Shown here: positions 38,675-49,714 of the stretch, piece after piece
Layout of the letters: each line of letters begins with the position of its first letter
Position numbering within the stretch: the stretch's first letter is position 1
Program-made: the position numbers and the translations under genes
The notes under the pieces: generated by a model
Told to the model about the DNA's origin: nothing
The model's database searches: none
The model's input: the letters and a program-made list of their open reading frames with translations, nothing else
Assembly (NCBI GenBank): GCA_003208875.1
Contig: QCUR01000001.1
Location: forward strand, 32,001 to 96,000
DNA: 64,000 nt
From: Prochlorococcus sp. AG-679-M23
GTDB taxonomy: Bacteria; Cyanobacteriota; Cyanobacteriia; PCC-6307; Cyanobiaceae
Direction of reading: 5' to 3'

Positions 38675-38908
38675 TTAAAATATCCCAGCCCAATTAAGAA
38701 ATGATTTTTGACTTATTAATTCAATTAAAATAATTGTTAAAAATCCAAGCATTGCAAATCTTCCATTTGTTATTTCTGAATAATTGCTCCATCCAAACTT
38801 ATATCTATCTTCAATTTCAATTGATTGCTCATCAATATTAATTTCTTCAGAATTTGTTTTTTCTACATCCATAGTTTCCTCATTATTTTGTTCTTGATTT
38901 GAATTCAT
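38675..38908 (-). CDS. hli: High-light inducible protein
   Basis: SEITNGRFAMLGF chlorophyll-binding motif. Confidence 0.9.
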   Translation of the reverse strand: MNSNQEQNNEETMDVEKTNSEEINIDEQSIEIEDRYKFGWSNYSEITNGRFAMLGFLTIILIELISQKSFLNWAGIF

Positions 38909-38917
38909 GATTTTAAT

Positions 38918-40900
38918 CTAATTTTTAAAATTATACTTATCTGTAGTAAATAATTTCCAGTCTCCTTTTCCATTTAATTCTAAAATGTTCTCATGAAAAT
39001 CCTTTAAACTAGGCCTATGTCCCACACTTATCAACGATAATTCTCTGTCTCTTAATAAATTATATAGTTTTTTTTCAGTTTTAATATCTAGTGCACTAGT
39101 AGCTTCATCTAACACAGCAAATCTCGGAGAATTGAGTAATAATCTGGCAAAGGCTAATCTTTGCTGCTCTCCTAATGAAAGTATTCTTGGCCAATCTTGT
39201 TTGACGTCAAGGTTGGGATATCTATCAACAATAGAATTTAAATTTACCTCATTAAGAACAGAAATTAAGTGGTCATCACTAAATTTGTCAACTTCTGTTG
39301 GATAACACAATTGTTCCCTTAAAGAACCCAATAGCATATAGGGTTTTTGAGGTATAAAAAGCAAATCACCTGTCTTTGGTTTTTTAATCGTTCCTTGATT
39401 GGGTTCCCATAATCCACTGATCATTCTTAATAAAGAGGTTTTGCCACAACCAGATGGGCCTACCACTAATAATGATTGATTTGTTTCTATACTCAGATTT
39501 AAGTTTTTGATAATAGCTTGATCAGATCCAGGCGGGAAAAGATCAGCATTGTTGATAAGGATAGAAGAATAATCAGAAATTATATTTTGATTGTCTATCG
39601 GCTTGGTTTGACTGATACTTTCAACTTTTGACTGAAAACCCTCTAATCTTCCAATTCCTGCTGTGAACTTTGCAAGTTCCTCTATTTGATTAACTATAAA
39701 AAATAACGAACCCTCTACCATCCCAAATGCAAAGCTTGCTTGAATAAATCGACCATAATCAATATCTCCTCTAAAGTAAGGAATTGCCATTATTAGATAT
39801 GGAAAGAAGTTGCCAGCATAATTAATAGAACGTCTCATTACATCAATAATTACTCTCCAAATTATTAGTAAGTTAAAGTTTCTTACCACTTCTCCCAATC
39901 TTCTCTCTGTTTCACTTTTTTCTGGTTTTTCACCCGAATAAAAAGCTATTGATTCAGCATTATCTCTAATATGAACTAATCCATATCTAAAGTCTGCCTC
40001 ATATCTAAGTTGATCGAAATCAATTTTTACAAGATTTTTTCCAGCAATTAATAAGATAGCAGTAGCAAATGCTGCGTATCCAAATAATGAAAAGGTTAAT
40101 GTTGTACTAATGCTCCATAGTATTAGAATGTTCAGAGAAAAAGTAAGAAGTGCATCAAAAACTCCCAAAGTAAAGGATAAGCTTTGACCAGTAAAAGCTC
40201 TGGTATCATCTGTTATTCGTTGGTCAGGATTATCTACATCTGTTTGTTCTTCATCATTAGGATTTAGTTGGTAGTATGCTTTATTAGTCATGTAGTCTTT
40301 AACTAAGCTTTTTGAAAGCCAATCTCTCCAAATTATTCCTAATTTATAAGTAAAGAATATTTGAGAAACCCGAATTGGGAGCGCTACAGCAAAGCAACAA
40401 GCATAGATTCCTAAAATCCTATAAAATCCATCTTGTTGTTTCTCTACTAAAGCATTTGTTAAGTCTCTAGCAATAAATCCTATTCCTGCATTAATTCCAT
40501 TTACTGCCAAAAGCATTAATACTATGACTGCTAGGAATAACCAATGTACCCATCTGCGATTCTTAAGTTGACGCCTTAAACTAAAAAAACTTCCTGAACC
40601 GATAAGAAATAATCCTGAAAACAATAATCCCCACCAGCCAGACCATATTGTATTAACAGTATTAACTACTCCTCCAAAATATTTATCAAGAAAAATAGGT
40701 TGAATGCTTTCAAAAAAACTAATTATGCCTGTAAGGCCTACAAGAACAATACCGCCTACGCAAAATAAAAGAGATATTAAAAGCCATATAAATTGAAAGC
40801 CATTACATTGATCAATCGGTAAGAAAAATGGTTGGGCTAATCTTCTTAACTTTTGTAGTTGATAAAATATTTTAGATTTATTTTGCACTACATTATTCAT
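38918..40900 (-). CDS. ABC transporter fused permease/ATPase (ABCD/YddA-like)
   Basis: DNPDQRI, GPSGCGKTS, LSLGEQQR, LDEATSA. Confidence 0.93.
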   Translation of the reverse strand: MNNVVQNKSKIFYQLQKLRRLAQPFFLPIDQCNGFQFIWLLISLLFCVGGIVLVGLTGIISFFESIQPIFLDKYFGGVVNTVNTIWSGWWGLLFSGLFLIGSGSFFSLRRQLKNRRWVHWLFLAVIVLMLLAVNGINAGIGFIARDLTNALVEKQQDGFYRILGIYACCFAVALPIRVSQIFFTYKLGIIWRDWLSKSLVKDYMTNKAYYQLNPNDEEQTDVDNPDQRITDDTRAFTGQSLSFTLGVFDALLTFSLNILILWSISTTLTFSLFGYAAFATAILLIAGKNLVKIDFDQLRYEADFRYGLVHIRDNAESIAFYSGEKPEKSETERRLGEVVRNFNLLIIWRVIIDVMRRSINYAGNFFPYLIMAIPYFRGDIDYGRFIQASFAFGMVEGSLFFIVNQIEELAKFTAGIGRLEGFQSKVESISQTKPIDNQNIISDYSSILINNADLFPPGSDQAIIKNLNLSIETNQSLLVVGPSGCGKTSLLRMISGLWEPNQGTIKKPKTGDLLFIPQKPYMLLGSLREQLCYPTEVDKFSDDHLISVLNEVNLNSIVDRYPNLDVKQDWPRILSLGEQQRLAFARLLLNSPRFAVLDEATSALDIKTEKKLYNLLRDRELSLISVGHRPSLKDFHENILELNGKGDWKLFTTDKYNFKN

Positions 40901-40936
40901 ATTTTTTCTATATCTTTATAGTAGTAGATTATATCT

Positions 40937-41224
40937 TTATGAAGATGATTGACCAAATCCTATTAGAGAAAGTGCCCAATCAGGAAGGTTAAAATATGTT
41001 AATAATTTTAAATCAAATTCATGGACCTTAATAATCGACATATCCATAAGCCACCATATTAGAAAAGGTAAATTAAATAAAATCTGTAGTTGCCATTTGT
41101 AAGTTAATACTTTCCAAATTTTAGTTAAAACTAACTTCTGAGGTTCATCTAAACTCTCCCAATTTGAAGCAATTAGATCTAGTAAATTTTTAGATTTATT
41201 ATTAAGGGATTCTGGAGAATTCAT
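40937..41224 (-). CDS. Hypothetical protein
   Basis: 95-aa ORF in an operon-like run. Confidence 0.65.
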   Translation of the reverse strand: MNSPESLNNKSKNLLDLIASNWESLDEPQKLVLTKIWKVLTYKWQLQILFNLPFLIWWLMDMSIIKVHEFDLKLLTYFNLPDWALSLIGFGQSSS

Positions 41225-41270
41225 GTTTAATTTTTCTTATTTATAGCTAAAAAGAAACTCTTTTGAGAGT

Positions 41271-41612
41271 TTAACCAGGCGGCCAACTCATTTTTCTACC
41301 AGCTATGAAATGTATATGTAAATGAAATACGGTTTGTCCAGATTCTTCACCGGTATTGATAACAGTTCTCCAATTTTTTAATTTCTTAGATTTGGCAATA
41401 TTTTTTCCTATTAAAAGAAGATGTCCTAATAAATCTTTATCTTCTTCCATACACTCGCATAAACTGACTAATGGTTTTTTAGGAATTACTAAAAAGTGAA
41501 CTGGAGCTTGAGAGGCAATATCATTAAATGCTAAACAAAGCTCATCTTCATGAAGCTTTTCGCAGGGAATCTCACCATTTATTATTTTGCTAAAGATCGT
41601 AGTTTCAGCCAT
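41271..41612 (-). CDS. Histidine triad (HIT) nucleotide-binding protein
   Basis: GQTVFHLHIH, WPPG end. Confidence 0.95.
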   Translation of the reverse strand: MAETTIFSKIINGEIPCEKLHEDELCLAFNDIASQAPVHFLVIPKKPLVSLCECMEEDKDLLGHLLLIGKNIAKSKKLKNWRTVINTGEESGQTVFHLHIHFIAGRKMSWPPG

Positions 41613-41632
41613 TGTTTTATTGAATAATTAAA

Positions 41633-42238
41633 TCAGTTGATTGGTATTACATCTTTTTGATGAAATCCTTCTTTGATGAGTTCTTTATTCAAATCTTCTT
41701 TTGAAGTAACTCTATCAACAAATAAAACTCCATTGAGATGATCCATTTCATGTTGAATGCATCTTGCTAAGAGTCCATCAGCTTTCATTTTTCTTGGCCT
41801 GCCCATTTCATCTCTAAATCTTAATTTAATTGTTGATGGTCTTACAACGTTTAAATAAACTCCTGGGATACTTAGACAACCCTCTTCATATGAATTTAAA
41901 GTTGTTCCATAATCAGTAATTTCTGGATTTATTAAAATTAATGGTTCAGCAGCAGCATCTTCAAAATTTACATCAATTACAAGTAGCTCTTTCTTGATTC
42001 CTATTTGCGGAGCAGCAAGTCCAATTCCTTTGGCTGCATACATACTTTGAAGCATGTCTTTAGCTAAATTTCTTATGGAATTATCAACTTTACTTATTCT
42101 TTTAGCATTTTCTCTCAATACATCATCACCAAGTTTATATATTTCTAGTGATGGAGTTCCTGTTTGTTCTTTAGATACCTTTTCTGTAGGACTGTTTGCT
42201 TTTGACTTTCTTGCTAGTTGTGAGAAATTGTTTGCCAC
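41633..42238 (-). CDS. def: Peptide deformylase
   Basis: GIGLAAPQ, EGCLS, QHEMDH. Confidence 0.97.
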   Translation of the reverse strand: MANNFSQLARKSKANSPTEKVSKEQTGTPSLEIYKLGDDVLRENAKRISKVDNSIRNLAKDMLQSMYAAKGIGLAAPQIGIKKELLVIDVNFEDAAAEPLILINPEITDYGTTLNSYEEGCLSIPGVYLNVVRPSTIKLRFRDEMGRPRKMKADGLLARCIQHEMDHLNGVLFVDRVTSKEDLNKELIKEGFHQKDVIPIN

Positions 42239-42317
42239 GGTAAAAAAAATTATTTACTCAACAGTTAAGCTATAAAAATATTAGCACTTTAAATACATCT
42301 TGAAATAAAATTTCTAA

Positions 42318-44246
42318 ATGAATAATTCTAAGAATTTAAAAATTAAGCAAATAGATAAAAAAAATATATCTTTTAAAGAGTTATCTCTTATTAAGAATAT
42401 AATCTTCTGGGTAGATATTATTCCTGGAGATCAAACACATAAAAATGCTATTTTTGCCAAGCCATTTAATGATAAAAATGCAATTCCACAGAAATTAACG
42501 GGCGATAATTTTTATATTAAAAGCAATTTTCATGGTTATGGGGGGAAATCATATCAATGTATAGAGGTGAATGATCAAATTTATTTGATATGGGTCGATC
42601 AACTTTCAAAAGCAATGTGGTTAAAAATTTTAAAAGTCCAAGAAAAAGTACCTAAAAAGGATAATGAATATCTGCTATGCGAAATGGAACCAAGACAACT
42701 GACTGAGTCAATAAAAACCAATTTTGATACTTCATTTGTTATTTCTAAAAACAATCTTTTATTCGGTTTATGTGAGATAAAACATAGAGATTATTTATTC
42801 TCATTAAATTTAAAAAAAACTAAACAAGAAATCCGCATAATAAAAAGATTTGATAATTTTGCGGGGAATTTATCTTCTAATATTTCAGCTGATTTATTTT
42901 CCTGGATAGAGTGGAATGCTGGCTCCATGCCTTGGGAAAGAAATGAGCTATTTTTTGCAATTATTGATAATAATGGAGAGATACAATACATAAAAAAATT
43001 TTCTAATAAATTTGTTAATGAAGAGAAAAATGTTTCTTTCTTTCAACCTTACTGGATAAGTGATACTACTTTAGTCTGTTCTGAAGATAGTTCAGGCTGG
43101 TGGAATTTATTATTTCTCGATTTAACTGATATTAAAAATATTATTCTAAAAAAAAGAATAATTAAACCTTTGACTGAGTATGGATCCCCTCAGTGGGTTT
43201 CTGGAATTTCATTTTTTTCTGGAAATATTGAAAATCTATTTTGTGTTGCAAAAAAAGATAATAGATGGGTACTAGAACATTATCAGAATTGTGAATGTAT
43301 TAAAGAATTTAAATTACCATTTTGTTCAATAGGTGATTTAGATGTTTGTGATCGAAAATTAGTTATTAGAGGTAGTAGTTTTGGTTCTTTCGACGAATTA
43401 TTTGAGTTTGATTTTGCAGAGAAAAGCCAAACTAAATTATTAAATGAGATATTCCTTGAGTCTATAAACGAATATTCAAGACCAGAATCTTTTTGGTTTA
43501 AAGGTTTTAATAATCAACCCACACATTCTTTTATTTATAAGCCTCTATTTGAAAGATTTATTAAGTCACCATTAATCGTTAAGGCACATAGTGGCCCTAC
43601 TGCTTGCTTTGATGGGTCTTTCAATTCGGAAGTGCAGTATTGGACTTCGATAGGATTTACAGTTGCGGAAGTGAATTATGGTGGTTCCTCGGGTTTTGGA
43701 AGAGAGTACAGGGAGAGATTAAATTATAAATGGGGCATTCTTGATTCATATGATTGTAAAGTATTGGTACTTGATTTAATTAGGTTAAATATAGTTGATA
43801 GCACCAAAGTCGCAATTTTAGGCAATAGTGCTGGTGGTCTAACTGCAATTAATGCTTTATGTGAAGGTGATTTGTTTAAAGTAGCGATTTGTAAATATCC
43901 TGTTTTGGATTTAAACGATATGCATCAACAAACTCATAGATTTGAGAAAGGTTATTTAAATTCTCTTATAGGTAGATATTCAAAATTTCAAAATGAGTAT
44001 CAACTTCGATCACCAATTTTTAAAATTAATCAATTAAAAAAACCAGTTTTATTATTTCATGGAAAAAAAGATTTAGTTATTTCATATAAAAAAACCCTGC
44101 AAATCAAAGAAAAACTTCTTAAAAATAATAAAAATTCAGAAGTCATAATTTATGAAAATGAAGGTCATGGTTTTAAAAATACTAATAATAAAAAACAAGT
44201 TCTTATTAAAACTCAGGAGTTTTTAGAGAAAACTTTAAATATTTAA
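42318..44246 (+). CDS. S9 family peptidase (prolyl oligopeptidase/acylaminoacyl peptidase)
   Basis: GNSAGG nucleophile, HGKKD, EGHGF. Confidence 0.9.
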   Translation: MNNSKNLKIKQIDKKNISFKELSLIKNIIFWVDIIPGDQTHKNAIFAKPFNDKNAIPQKLTGDNFYIKSNFHGYGGKSYQCIEVNDQIYLIWVDQLSKAMWLKILKVQEKVPKKDNEYLLCEMEPRQLTESIKTNFDTSFVISKNNLLFGLCEIKHRDYLFSLNLKKTKQEIRIIKRFDNFAGNLSSNISADLFSWIEWNAGSMPWERNELFFAIIDNNGEIQYIKKFSNKFVNEEKNVSFFQPYWISDTTLVCSEDSSGWWNLLFLDLTDIKNIILKKRIIKPLTEYGSPQWVSGISFFSGNIENLFCVAKKDNRWVLEHYQNCECIKEFKLPFCSIGDLDVCDRKLVIRGSSFGSFDELFEFDFAEKSQTKLLNEIFLESINEYSRPESFWFKGFNNQPTHSFIYKPLFERFIKSPLIVKAHSGPTACFDGSFNSEVQYWTSIGFTVAEVNYGGSSGFGREYRERLNYKWGILDSYDCKVLVLDLIRLNIVDSTKVAILGNSAGGLTAINALCEGDLFKVAICKYPVLDLNDMHQQTHRFEKGYLNSLIGRYSKFQNEYQLRSPIFKINQLKKPVLLFHGKKDLVISYKKTLQIKEKLLKNNKNSEVIIYENEGHGFKNTNNKKQVLIKTQEFLEKTLNI

Positions 44247-45520
44247 GAATTTAGTTTTAAAAAACTAATAGTTTCCTTAAGTTTTTCGATAAAAGTATTT
44301 ATATCTTCTTTGGTAGTTGTGAAATTCATACTAACTCTAGCTGTTGAATTTATTCCGATATGTCTATGCAGAGGTTGACAACAGTGATGTCCACTTCTTA
44401 TACAAATACCTTTAGAATCAAGAATTTCAGCGATATCGTTCGAATGTATTTCTTTAACATAAAATGTTGCTAATGATGCCCTGTTAGGATCTATTCTCGG
44501 AGAAGGACCTATTATTTCAAGATCCTCTATTTGATTTAATTTTTTAAATAAATATTTTGTAATCTCCTTTTCATATTCACGGATTCGATCTAACCCTATA
44601 TTGTTAATGTAATTAATCGCGGCAGCTAATCCTATTGCTTCAGCAATAGCTGGAGTACCAGCTTCAAATTTATGAGGGAGTTCAGCCCAAGTACTTTTCT
44701 CTTCAAAAACATCTTGAATCATCTCACCACCACCAAAAAAAGGAGGAATTTTTTCTAAAATTTCTTTTCTGGACCATAAGAAACCTATGCCTGTTGGACC
44801 ACATAGTTTATGTCCTGAACCGGCTAAAAAATCTATACCTAGTTCATGAATATCTAACTTTTGATGGGCTAAACTTTGACAAGCATCAAGCAGAACTAAA
44901 GAACCCTTATCCTTAGCTAATTTAGTTATTTCTTTTATTGGATTACAGCACCCCAAAGTGTTGCTTATATGTAATAAGCTTACTATTTTTGTTTTCGTTG
45001 TTAATTTTGACTTGAAATCATTTATATCTAATTTTCCGTCTTGATCTATGCCCACAAATTTCAGTTTACATTTGTTTTTTGCAGCTACCATTTGCCAAGG
45101 AACAATATTACTGTGATGCTCCATTATTGATAGAAGAATTTCATCATTCTTTTTTAAAGTAAATTCTCCCCATGATCTGGCAACCAGATTTATAGCTTCA
45201 GTTGCATTTCTTGTAAAAATTATTTCCTTTGTTGAATAAGCATTAATATATTTTGCAATTAAAGATCTTGAATTTTCAAACTCTTCTGTTGCTTTTGCAC
45301 TTAATTGATGAGCTCCTCTATGAACATTTGCATTGAAATTCTTATAGTATTCATCAATTTTTTTAAGAACTTGGATTGGTTTTTGGGTTGTTGCAGCATG
45401 ATCTAGATAAATAATTGTATTTTTGCTTTTGAAACTATTTTCTAATAAAGGAAAGTCTTTTTTATCTATTAAAGGCAGGTTTTTTTTATCAATTCTCGGG
45501 AAATTTTTAATTGTTTCCAT
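44243..45520 (-). CDS. sufS: Cysteine desulfurase
   Basis: YLDHAATTQKP, SGHK, RSGHHC. Confidence 0.96.
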   Translation of the reverse strand: METIKNFPRIDKKNLPLIDKKDFPLLENSFKSKNTIIYLDHAATTQKPIQVLKKIDEYYKNFNANVHRGAHQLSAKATEEFENSRSLIAKYINAYSTKEIIFTRNATEAINLVARSWGEFTLKKNDEILLSIMEHHSNIVPWQMVAAKNKCKLKFVGIDQDGKLDINDFKSKLTTKTKIVSLLHISNTLGCCNPIKEITKLAKDKGSLVLLDACQSLAHQKLDIHELGIDFLAGSGHKLCGPTGIGFLWSRKEILEKIPPFFGGGEMIQDVFEEKSTWAELPHKFEAGTPAIAEAIGLAAAINYINNIGLDRIREYEKEITKYLFKKLNQIEDLEIIGPSPRIDPNRASLATFYVKEIHSNDIAEILDSKGICIRSGHHCCQPLHRHIGINSTARVSMNFTTTKEDINTFIEKLKETISFLKLNS

Positions 45521-46737
45521 TAATTTTCTTTTAAAATTTTATCAAGCAAATCCCATCTCTCTTTTGAAATAGGAATACTTGAAATAATTTCTTGTATATA
45601 AGAACTTAATTGTAGTTTACTTGCTTCTGCTAACGTGAGTCCTCTTGATCTCATATAGAAAAGTTCTTCTTCGTTTAATTGTGAAATGGTTGCACCATGT
45701 TTGCATTTTACATCGTCAGCAATTATTTCTAATTGAGGTTTAGTGTCTATTTTTGCATGTCTCGATAAAAGTAGATTCCTACTTAATTGTGACGCATCGG
45801 TCTTTTGCGCAATTTTTGGAACAATGATGGAACCTTCAAAGACTGCATGTGATTTATCATCTGCCAAGGATTTATTAATTTGATCTAAAAATCCATTAGG
45901 ACCGTTAAATTGAATTTTTGTATAAGTAGCTATTTGGTCATTATTTTTTGTTATTTGAATTCCTTTTAAATTTGTTTTAGCATTTCCATCTAATTGATTA
46001 ATACGGATTTCAAATCTTGCATAATTAAATTTAAAATGAAGTGATCCTAGGCTGTACTCACTGTTGGTCTTTTGAATTACATTTAAAGAATTTAATAAAT
46101 TAGATTTGCTTTCTCCATAGGAAACTACACCATGATTAACCGAAGTATTTTCTTCTAGACACAAATAAGTTGATTGAGATAGTGAGGAATTTTTGTTTCC
46201 GAGATTAATTTGTATTAGATCGACCTTAGTATTCTTTTCAAAGAATAAAATAAGTGTTTTAGCATTAAAAGAGTCGGGTGAGGAAGCACTAAATATCTCA
46301 AGAGGAGGAATTTTATTACCAGAAATATTTAAACCTAAGATGTTTTCTTTAGAACTTAAACAATGATTTAGTAAGTCACTCCAATGATCATTTTGATCAG
46401 AATTAGATATGTTTTTTTTTATATAGTCTACTATTTCGATCTCTTTTAATTTTTTTATTGAATAGTTTTCTTTTTCTAAATTAATTGAGTTATTCTCTCC
46501 GATAATCAGTCTAATTATATTTTGAGAGGCTTTTTTATATGGGAGATTAACTTTAGATTCTTTATTCTTACTTGAATGGTCTAAAAAACTTGAAAATTTA
46601 GATTTATTTGAAAGTCTCCAGTATTCACTTTTGATATTTGGTAATGGATTTGATTTTAATTTATCAAGACAAATTTTTTGTATTTCAGATGGATTACTAA
46701 TTAATTCATTCTTTTTGATTTCTTCAATAATTTGCAT
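45520..46737 (-). CDS. sufD: Fe-S cluster assembly protein SufD
   Basis: KPQLEIIADDVKCKHGAT; operon context. Confidence 0.93.
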   Translation of the reverse strand: MQIIEEIKKNELISNPSEIQKICLDKLKSNPLPNIKSEYWRLSNKSKFSSFLDHSSKNKESKVNLPYKKASQNIIRLIIGENNSINLEKENYSIKKLKEIEIVDYIKKNISNSDQNDHWSDLLNHCLSSKENILGLNISGNKIPPLEIFSASSPDSFNAKTLILFFEKNTKVDLIQINLGNKNSSLSQSTYLCLEENTSVNHGVVSYGESKSNLLNSLNVIQKTNSEYSLGSLHFKFNYARFEIRINQLDGNAKTNLKGIQITKNNDQIATYTKIQFNGPNGFLDQINKSLADDKSHAVFEGSIIVPKIAQKTDASQLSRNLLLSRHAKIDTKPQLEIIADDVKCKHGATISQLNEEELFYMRSRGLTLAEASKLQLSSYIQEIISSIPISKERWDLLDKILKEN

Positions 46738-46741
46738 TGAT

Positions 46742-47527
46742 TTATTGCTCTTTTATAAAATTATCAGTCCATTCATATCCATTTTTTTCAAGTTCTAGGG
46801 CAAGATCACTGTCTCCAGTTTTTATTATTTGACCGTCTGCCATTACATGTACATAATCGGGCTGTATCTCGTCTAATAATCTCTGATAGTGAGTGATTAA
46901 TATAATTCCGGTTTGTTCATTAGATATCTTCTTAATACCTGAGGCAACTATCCTAAGTGCATCAATATCTAAACCTGAGTCAGTTTCATCCAAAATTGCA
47001 ATTTTTGGTTCTAATAATGCCATTTGTAATATTTCATTCCTTTTCTTTTCTCCACCTGAAAATCCTTGATTAATACTTCTCGATAAAAAAGCAGAATCCA
47101 TTTTGACTAAGTCTAGTTTTTCTTTTACTAAGTCTTCAAAATCAAAAGTATCAAGTTCTTCTTTATTAAGAAATTTTCTTCTTGCATTTGTCGCAACTCT
47201 AAGAAATTCTAGATTACTTACTCCTGGAATTTCAATCGGATATTGAAAACCTAGAAAAATACCAGATTGAGCTCTCTCTTCTGGCTCTAAAGATTGAATA
47301 TCGTTTCCAGTAAATTTTATTTCACCTTTAGTTATTTTGTATGATGGATGACCCGCAATGATCTTGGAAAGAGTACTTTTGCCACATCCATTTCTTCCCA
47401 TGATTGCGTGAATTTCGCCAGGATTAACTGAAATGGTAACACCTTTTAAAATAGGAAGATTTTCTATAGATGCAAAAAGATTATTTACTTCTAATATTGG
47501 ATCTAGTTCTTTCGTTTTGCTTTGCAT
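46742..47527 (-). CDS. sufC: Fe-S cluster assembly ATPase SufC
   Basis: [28 protein letters not shown]. Confidence 0.97.
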   Translation of the reverse strand: MQSKTKELDPILEVNNLFASIENLPILKGVTISVNPGEIHAIMGRNGCGKSTLSKIIAGHPSYKITKGEIKFTGNDIQSLEPEERAQSGIFLGFQYPIEIPGVSNLEFLRVATNARRKFLNKEELDTFDFEDLVKEKLDLVKMDSAFLSRSINQGFSGGEKKRNEILQMALLEPKIAILDETDSGLDIDALRIVASGIKKISNEQTGIILITHYQRLLDEIQPDYVHVMADGQIIKTGDSDLALELEKNGYEWTDNFIKEQ

Positions 47528-47548
47528 CGCACTTTAGAGATTAATTGA

Positions 47549-48991
47549 TTATCCAACGGAACCTTCTAATTTGAGGGCAAGGAGCTTATCTGCTTCAGCC
47601 GCAAATTCCATTGGTAGTTGATTGAATACATCTCTACAAAAGCCACTTACCATCATTGATACAGCCTCTTCAAATTCAATACCTCTGCTTTGTAAATAAA
47701 AAAGTTGATCTTCAGAAATTCTACATGTACTTGCTTCATGCTCAATTTCTGAATTTGGTTGTTGAGATTGAATATAAGGAAATGTATTCGCAGCAGCTTG
47801 ATCGCCTATTAACATTGAATCACATTGACTATAGTTTCTTGATCCAGAAGCTTTTGAACCCATTTTCACTAGACCTCTGTAACTATTAACCGAATTACCA
47901 GCACTAATACCTTTACTAACTATTGTTGATTTAGTTCTTGGACCGATGTGAATCATTTTTGTACCTGTATCGGCTTGTTGAAGGTTATTAGTAAGAGCTA
48001 CAGAATAAAATTCCCCTACCGATTCTTCTCCTAAAAGAAGACAGCTAGGATATTTCCATGTTATGGCAGATCCTGTTTCAACTTGGGACCAACTTATTTT
48101 ACTTCTCTTACCTAAACATTTTCCCCTTTTGGTGACAAAATTAAAAATTCCTCCAACTCCCTCTTCGTTTCCAGCATACCAATTTTGTACTGTTGAATAT
48201 TTAATTGAGGCATCGTCTAAGGCAATAAGTTCTACTACCGCCGCGTGCAAAGTATTGGTATCAAACATTGGAGCTGTACATCCTTCAAGATAGCTGACGG
48301 AGCTATATTCTTCTGCGATGATTAGAGTTCTTTCAAACTGACCAGAATCCCCACTATTGATCCTAAAATAGGATGAAAGATCCATCGGACATTTAACCCC
48401 TTTTGGGATGTAAACGAATGAACCATCACTAAAAACAGCAGAGTTTAATGCAGCAAAGTAATTATCATTTGCCGGTACTACAGAACCTAAATATTTTTCT
48501 ATTAAATGTGAGTAATTTTTGACTGCTTCACTTATCGAACAAAATATTACTCCATGCTCGGCAAGTTCTTTTCTGAAGGTTGTTGCAATTGATACACTAT
48601 CAAATACTGCATCAACTGCAACGTTTGTAAGTTTTTTTTGTTCAGTAAGAGGAATTCCTAATTTATCAAAAGTTTCTAGGAGCTTGGGATCAACTTCATC
48701 TAAGCTAGAGATTTTTTCTTTTTGTTTGGGTGCAGAATAGTAAATTATATCTTGATAATCAATCTTTTTGTAACCTAGATCTGCCCAGTTAGGCTCCTTC
48801 ATTTTTTGCCATTTCCTAAAGGCATTAAGTCTAAAATTAAGAAGATATTCAGGCTCTCCTTTTTTTTCTGAAATTAATCGAATTGTATCTTCATTTAGCC
48901 CTTTGGAAATCTTTTCAGTTTCGATATCGGTAACGAAACCATATTTGTATGGTTCAGATACGACATCTTTAACTAAATTTTCACTTACCAT
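47549..48991 (-). CDS. sufB: Fe-S cluster assembly protein SufB
   Basis: [31 protein letters not shown] end. Confidence 0.97.
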   Translation of the reverse strand: MVSENLVKDVVSEPYKYGFVTDIETEKISKGLNEDTIRLISEKKGEPEYLLNFRLNAFRKWQKMKEPNWADLGYKKIDYQDIIYYSAPKQKEKISSLDEVDPKLLETFDKLGIPLTEQKKLTNVAVDAVFDSVSIATTFRKELAEHGVIFCSISEAVKNYSHLIEKYLGSVVPANDNYFAALNSAVFSDGSFVYIPKGVKCPMDLSSYFRINSGDSGQFERTLIIAEEYSSVSYLEGCTAPMFDTNTLHAAVVELIALDDASIKYSTVQNWYAGNEEGVGGIFNFVTKRGKCLGKRSKISWSQVETGSAITWKYPSCLLLGEESVGEFYSVALTNNLQQADTGTKMIHIGPRTKSTIVSKGISAGNSVNSYRGLVKMGSKASGSRNYSQCDSMLIGDQAAANTFPYIQSQQPNSEIEHEASTCRISEDQLFYLQSRGIEFEEAVSMMVSGFCRDVFNQLPMEFAAEADKLLALKLEGSVG

Positions 48992-49087
48992 AATTTCTAT
49001 AAATTAATCTATTACAATTAGTTTTCTATACTTTAGCTATATATGTGCCCAATATTGAGTTTTTATCCTTAATTAAATCAAAAATTA

Positions 49088-49450
49088 ATGTCTAATCAAA
49101 CAAATTCTTTTCCAAGTCCGTTAAGCGATGAGATCGCGAAAAATATAGATCAACTGAATTTGCCCATAATCAAAAAGCACCATGTCAGATTGCTTGCTCA
49201 CTGTCTTGAAATCTTCAAAGAAATAGGAAAAGATGAAAAATCCCTATTTGAAGAAGATGAACTCCTTAAAAAATGGTGTGAAAAAAAATCCCAAAAGTTC
49301 AATGATAAAAATTTCAATCAACTTTTTTATGAACAAATGTCTCTTGCTGCTAAAAAAATAAACTTTTTTTCTAAAAGTATTAAAAAAAATTTCAAAGAAT
49401 TGGAACTTGACGATTTAATCAGTTTAGTTGAACAAAATCAGGAAAATTAA
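49088..49450 (+). CDS. Conserved hypothetical protein
   Basis: 120-aa ORF with KHHVRLLAHCL motif. Confidence 0.7.
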   Translation: MSNQTNSFPSPLSDEIAKNIDQLNLPIIKKHHVRLLAHCLEIFKEIGKDEKSLFEEDELLKKWCEKKSQKFNDKNFNQLFYEQMSLAAKKINFFSKSIKKNFKELELDDLISLVEQNQEN

Positions 49451-49714
49451 TATGAAGTGATCCCGAAGAAAAAATATATTTTTGTTGAGTTCTTAACAAT
49501 TCAAGGTAATAAAATTTAAAAAAATAGAAAATTAATTTACAAGTTATAGATTTCTAGATTTCTTAAAAATTCAATTATACCAGTTATTTATAAGAAAATT
49601 GTAAAATTTAGAAACTTGGAAGTAGTCAGAAGATCCTGACGACTGCCTCTAATGTCACCCAAACTGCAAAAAAAAAGAACATACTGATCCCATGCAATTT
49701 ATGGAGTTTTAAAA

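Noticed and set aside
49618..49650. GC-richer hairpin-like segment upstream of the DUF4912 gene
   Set aside because: Imperfect stem with no recognisable RNA family or terminator tail
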